DNA of 64,000 nt, from NCBI RefSeq assembly GCF_035594765.1, contig NC_085847.1, positions 5,766,001 through 5,830,000 on the forward strand, given 5' to 3'. Positions 58,459 to 64,000 of the stretch are shown here, piece after piece. The position numbers and the translations under genes are program-made. Under the pieces are notes generated by a model. The model saw only the letters and a list, made by a program, of their open reading frames with translations, did not search any database and was not told the origin of the DNA. Position 1 is the stretch's first letter. Each line of letters starts with the position of its first letter. Source of the DNA: Anolis carolinensis (lineage: Eukaryota).

Positions 58459-58954
58459 GCCCCTTGGGGACGGGAAGCCTGCTCCTTGGAGCCAACCTTG
58501 GGGCAGGGAAGCGGGCAGCTGGGGGGTCCAAGTCCCCCCCCAACAAAACGGGTCTGCCGCTAGCTTTAGGGCAGGGCTCGCACGACTCGGCGGTAGTAAG
58601 GGGCCACAATTCTAATAGGACTACACTTCTCCTCTATGCTTCATCCTGGTTGATTGCGACTCGTCCCGTGACCGCCACTTTGCCACCCTCTCCAATGCCT
58701 CGCTGGGCCGCCTGACGATCCCATGAAGGGCTGTGTGCGGCCCGCGGGCTGGACGTTGTGCAAGTCTGATTTAGGGCATAATGGGGGGGGAGGGTGTTGC
58801 CTTCTAGCTCCCATTTTGTGCCAGTTGAGAAAGCGAGAGTGGCCCACTTCCCTGTGGAGGGAATGGGATTAAGACTTGTCCAGTCCAGCCAACTGGAAGC
58901 CAATCGCTCGCCTCCAGTTTAGCCTCGTAAAGGTACGTCTAACTATGACGGTTC

Positions 58955-59175
58955 GTTATCCCCAGTAGGTTGATCCCAAACAGATTGACCTCCGGTAGGG
59001 TGACCCCCTAATAGGCCGATCCTGATAGGCTGATCCCAAATAAAGTGACACCCAATAGACCAACCCCCTGATAGGACAATCCTGATAGGCCGATCCCAAA
59101 CAGATTGCCACCCAATAGGACGACCCCCAATAGGCTGATCCCAAATAGACTGACCCCCGATAGGACAACCCCTCC
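58955..59175 (+). repeat. Tandem repeat in the SEC14L2 3' UTR
   Basis: ATAGGCTGATCCCAAA / GACCCCC units. Confidence 0.75.
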
Positions 59176-60066
59176 AGAAGTCAATCCCCAAAAGAGCGAC
59201 ACCCCCCCCCCCAATATTTTTAGCTCAATTTCTTTCAACCCTGGCCCACACTGGCCTCTCGCAACCAAATCCCGACTTGTTTGCCCAGAGATCCCAATGG
59301 TGGCCCTCTTGCTCACTCTTCCGGTTTCCCCTACGTCGACGACTTACTTCGATGAAGTGGCCACCTTAACCCCTCTATTTGCCCCCCGCCTTGTTTACTT
59401 TTTTGCCGGTGCCTGAGACGTCAAAAGGGCTGACGACCGAATGCACACACCAGAAAAAACCAACCCACATCCAAGCCATATTGTTTACACGCTCTGGGTT
59501 CGAGTGGCGCCCAGTCTTTCTTTTGGACATGGAGGCTTCTGGAGAAAGTTGAGTTTGGGATTCTCTGGACACAAGCCAGGGCTTTTGTTCTCCCACCATA
59601 CTTCTTCATATACCCCCCTCCCCCCCAGATCTAATAAACGCTGATGTCAGATTCTGGAGTGGACTCCTTGTCTCCCTTTTACACCAAGGCTTTGGATCGC
59701 AACTCCCATCATCCCCCAACCATTGGCCACACGATCTGGGGCTGCTGGCAGTTGTCAGCCATGTTGAAAATTGAACTTTGTTTGCTCCATAATAATTCAA
59801 AGGCCTTTTATGGGGTGCGGTAGGCATGGTTTGACCAATTTGCGCCATTTGAAGCCCATCCAAGGGCATTTTTGGGTTGTGGGAGGGATTAATTGACAGG
59901 ATAATTGGCTTTTTCCCTGGCAAACATGCAAGACAGTTTGTTGTCAATCTCATTTTTGTATTATTTATGTTAACAAACCAGTAAGGACGCTTCAATGAGT
60001 TCAATACAACTTTAAAAATACAAATATACAATAATAAAAAAGTATCACCATGATATATTATTATAC

Positions 60067-60107
<41 letters not shown>

Positions 60108-60441
60108 TTATTCTTTTCTATCCCGCTTTTCTTCATGGGTGGGATTCAAAGCGGCATACAATATATAAAAATCATACAAATACATTTTACCACAATACAC
60201 CATCAGTTCAAACATCATATCCTGATATAAAAACCCAATTAACGTATCAAATAAAACAAAGTATATTATCAGGAGTATTATAATTACTATATTAGTATTA
60301 CTATATTACAATATTATTATTTATTATTATATTGCATTCTGTATTATGAGTATTATATTGTATTCTATTATAATATTATTATGAGAATGTGTCTATACAA
60401 TATATTCTATGATGAGCCTGGCACAATATTAGTATGATATA

Positions 60442-60750
60442 CAGTAGAGTCTCACTTATCCAACGTTCTGGATTATCCAACGCATTTTTGTAGTCAATGT
60501 TTTGAATACATGGTGATATTTTGGTGCTAAATTTGTAAATACAGTAATTACTACATAGCATTACTGCATATTGAACGACTTTTTTCTGTCAAATTTGTTG
60601 TCTAACATGATGTTTTGCTGCTTAATTTTTAAAATCATAACCTAATTTGATGTTTAATAGGCTTTTCCTTAATCTCTCCTTATTATCCAACATATTTGCT
60701 TATCCAACGTTCTGCCGGTGCGTTTACGTTGGATAAGCGAGACTCTACTG
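60442..60750 (+). mobile_element. Tc1/mariner-type MITE, complete
   Basis: TIRs CAGTAGAGTCTCACTTATCCAAC / GTTGGATAAGCGAGACTCTACTG with TA duplication. Confidence 0.85.
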
Positions 60751-61254
60751 TATTATTATATTGTTTGATACCACTAGACTGCCATATTATTAGTAATATT
60801 ATATATAATTATTAGATATTATTATACTGTACTATATGATTAGACCACAATACCTATCATATTCTACCAGGATGTCATACTATTCGTATGATACAATATA
60901 TTGCACTAGAACATAAGTTGTAGTACAGAGAATACATTATGTGACAACATGATTGCTATTATATATTGCATAGTATGATCTAGAAACGAGACCAACCTGT
61001 GTGTGGATGCCAAGCCCTTGGCAAGAGGGGCCTTTGTGGGCCCAGTCCTCCTTTTTGCCGGCCTGGCTCTCCCTTTCCTGGCCCCATGTAAGCCGCCCCG
61101 AGTCCCTTCGGGGAGATGGGGCGGGGTATAAGAATAAAGTTGTTGTTGTTGTTGTTGTTGTTTCCTGGCCTGTCCGCCATTCCTCCTCACGGAGCCCTGG
61201 CTGAGGGGTCACTTGGCAACCGAACTTGTCGGGGAGCTTGCTGCTTTGCCGCTC

Positions 61255-61371
61255 AAAAGCGGGCCTTCCCTATTGGCTGGGGTTGGCCAGGGGCGGGGCC
61301 GGGGCGGGTCTGTCTCCGCCTGGCCCCGCCCCCTCATGGGGACGCTTTCCCGCGATTTGGCCGAGGCGGCC
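61255..61371 (+). promoter_or_regulatory. MTFP1 promoter
   Basis: ATTGG (inverted CCAAT), several GGGGCGGG boxes, E2F-like TTTCCCGCG near 61346. Confidence 0.6.
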
Positions 61372-63778
61372 ATGGGCTCGGGCGGCCCGGAAGCGGGGGT
61401 CGACCTCTACCGAGACACGTGGCTGCGCTACCTGGGTAAGGAAGGCTTCCCTCCGCGCCTGACCTGCTCGCTCCAGATTCCTTGCCCGCTGGGGGCCCTG
61501 CTTTCTAGAGACGGGTGAACTGGAACTCCCAGACTCCAAGGGCCATCACCCCCAAAACGCGCCAGTATTAACAGTTGGTTATGTTGGGTCTCTGTGCCAA
61601 GTTCGGTCCAGATCTGTCATTGGGGAGGCTCAGAGTGCCATCTGGATGCAGGGGGAACTACAACTCCCATGCAGGTGGGTCAGCCCCCCACCGCCAAACC
61701 CTGCCAGTATGTTCAGTTAGTCATCAGGGTTCTGTGTGCCATGTTTGATCCCGATCTGTCATTGCTGAGGCTCAGAGTGCCATCTGGATGCAAGGGGAAC
61801 TACAACTCCCATGCAGGTGGGTCAGCCCCCCACCTCCAAACCCTGCCAGTATGTTCAGTTAGTCATCAGGGTTCTGTGTGCCATGTTTGATCCCGATCTG
61901 TCATTGCTGAGGCTCAGAGTGCCATCTGGATGCAGGGGGAACTACAACTCCCATGCAGGTGGGTCAGCCCCCCACCTCCAAACCCTGCCAGTATGTTCAG
62001 TTAGTCATCAGGGTTCTGTGTGCCATGTTTGATCCCGATCTGTCATTGCTGAGGCTCAGAGTGCCATCTGGATGCAAGGGGAACTACAACTCCCATGCAG
62101 GTGGACCAAGGTCTCCAGTATGCTTTGGTGGTCATCAGGGTTCTGTGTGGCAAGTTTGATCCAGATCTGTCATTAGTGGGATTCAGAATGCTCTCTGGAT
62201 GCAGGGGGAACTATAACTCCCACCGAGAAATAACAATAGAAATGACTATATTATAGAAATGAAGCAAATACTAATGCTCCCACCCTCTCTCCCTGTTTGG
62301 TGGCCAAAAGCAAGGTGACTTTGGGAGATAGAAGTAAAGTTAATCATCATCATAATAAAGATAATAAACATAAAGCTAATAAAGATAATATATTGATGTT
62401 AATAAAATAATAATAATATAAAGATGATGATGATGATGATGATAATAATACTTCATCTCTGTTTGGTGGCCCAAGACAAGGGAACTTTGTGGGATAGAAA
62501 CAAAGTGAATAATGATGATGATGATGATGATGATGATGATAATAATAAAGATAATGTTAATATATTGATAATAATAATAATATGATGATGATGATGACGA
62601 TAAATATTTCCTCCATGTTTGGTGGCCCAAGGCAAGGAGACTTGTACCCACGTTCACCTTGGCCTTTGTTGACATCGGGAAGGAGCTTCTATTACCAAAA
62701 CGCGGCTAAATATAACTCACTCGTAGCCTGAAATAGAATATTATGTAAGAGTTTTGATATAGTATAAAATACAATAATATATACAGTAGAGTCTCACTTA
62801 TCCAAGCCTCGCCTATCCAGGTTTCTGGATTATCCAAGCCATTTTTGTAGTCAATGTTTTCAATATATCGTGATATTTTGGTGCTAAATTTGTAAATACA
62901 GTAATTACTACGTAGCATTACTGCGTATTGAACTACTTTTTCTGTCGAATGTGTTGTCTAACATGATGTTTTGGTGCTTAATTTGTGAAATCATAACCTA
63001 ATTTGATGTTTAATGGGCTTTTCCTTAATCCCTCCTTATTATCCAAGATATTCACTTATCCAAGCTTCTGCCGGCCCGTTTAGCTTGGATAAGTGAGACT
63101 CGACTGTAATATGAAATGATAATGTAATAGTACAGTAGAATATAAGAAGATGCTGGCCAAGGCTAGGATGGTAGTGGCCCAAGGCTTTGGGGTCAAACCA
63201 GGGGAGGAAAATGCGTGACCTCGGTTGCCGTGTGACCTTTGGTGACCCTGGCCTGGGGCTGAGAGAGTGTGGCCCTTTGGGGATCCAGGCCCTCAAGGAT
63301 TGGGCATCTCTCCTTCTAGGTTATGCCAACGAGGTCGGGGAGTCCTTCCGGGCCATCGTCCCGGTCTCTTTGGTCTGGGCCAGTTATGGGGTGGCCACGG
63401 CGTACGTCACCGCGGATGCCGTCGACAAGGGCAAGAAGGCCGCCGCCCTCCAGGTAGGTGCCTTGACCCCACACGAGGCCCATTGCTTGGGTTCCGATGA
63501 CCCAAGGGTTCCCTGGACTCTGACGCCGCGTCCTTCCTCCTCCCGCAGGCCCAGCAGGGGGGCGGTGTGGCCAAGGAGGCCACGCTGGCGGTGGTGGACA
63601 CCTTCATCTGGCAGGCGCTGGCCTCGGTCATCATCCCCGGCTTCACCATCAACCGCATCTGCGCCGCCTCCCTCTACCTCTTGGCCTCGCGGACCCGGTG
63701 GCCCCTGCCCGTCCGCAAGTGGGCCACCACCGCCCTGGGCCTCTCCGCCATCCCCTTCATCATCAAGCCCATCGACCG
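61372..63778 (+). CDS. MTFP1: Mitochondrial fission process protein 1 (MTP18), exons 1-3; last exon beyond the window
   Basis: Exons 61372-61435, 63320-63453, 63549-63778. Reads DLYRDTWLRYLGYANEVGESFR...DAVDKGKKA...VVDTFIWQALASVIIPGFTINRICAAS...IKPIDR. An alternative in-frame ATG lies at 61336. Confidence 0.94.
61570..62230 (+). repeat. 142-bp tandem array (about 4.5 near-identical copies) in MTFP1 intron 1
   Basis: The unit recurs at 61669, 61811, 61953 and 62095. Related dispersed sequence (TGCCAAGTTTGGTCCAG, AACTACAACTCCCA) lies near 48330-48730. Confidence 0.9.
62784..63106 (+). mobile_element. Tc1/mariner-type MITE, complete
   Basis: TIRs CAGTAGAGTCTCACTTATCCAAGC / GCTTGGATAAGTGAGACTCGACTG with TA duplication. 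Confidence 0.85.
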
Positions 63779-63974
63779 GTAGGTTGCCCCTCCTCGGGGA
63801 TGATGGGACATTGGGCGGCAAGCAGAACCATCGATCCAATTCCAGCCATTTCCCCTTTTCACGAGGAATCTAGGGCAGCCATAAATCCATGTTCCCGGGT
63901 CCCATTGATCGCTCGCCTGCATCAGGACTTATCGATTGACTTTGCCCTGAAGCCGAGCATATAGCAGCTCACAA

Positions 63975-63989
63975 GCGCCACCTAGTGGC
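63975..63989. promoter_or_regulatory. CTCF core motif
   Basis: GCGCCACCTAGTGGC is a close match to the CTCF consensus; it lies in MTFP1 intron 3. Confidence 0.65.
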
Positions 63990-64000
63990 TTGGTTGTTAC

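Overview
Gene-dense vertebrate DNA, almost certainly from a squamate and probably an Anolis lizard (Sauria SINEs, an Anolis SINE2-type element, an R4/Dong fragment, CR1 tails and Tc1/mariner MITEs). Eight spliced genes were reconstructed by hand with frame-consistent exon chains: GAS2L1 (-, first coding exon only), EWSR1 (-, 17 exons plus the 18-nt VEGTST microexon), RHBDD3 (+), SF3A1 (-), CCDC157 (+), RNF215 (-), SEC14L2-like (+) and MTFP1 (+, last exon outside the window). They form three head-to-head pairs. No prokaryotic-type system (CRISPR, operon) is present. The strongest candidate for an undescribed system is an RNA-level control module in EWSR1 intron 8. It contains a candidate 9-nt microexon, an AG|GT recursive-type site whose predicted branch point lies in one arm of a perfect 12-bp long-range duplex that loops out a minisatellite, and an alternative last exon whose sequence resembles the human one but whose reading frame differs. 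Other notable points: a U12-type intron in RHBDD3, an apparent precise intron loss in SF3A1, an in-frame TGA after the orthologous start codon of CCDC157, a foldback-like inverted array in a GAS2L1 intron, a CTCF-motif triplet, CR1-derived tandem repeats at the RNF215 5' end, and an RHBDD3-SF3A1 adjacency absent in human. All comparisons to human orthologues are from recall and need alignment.
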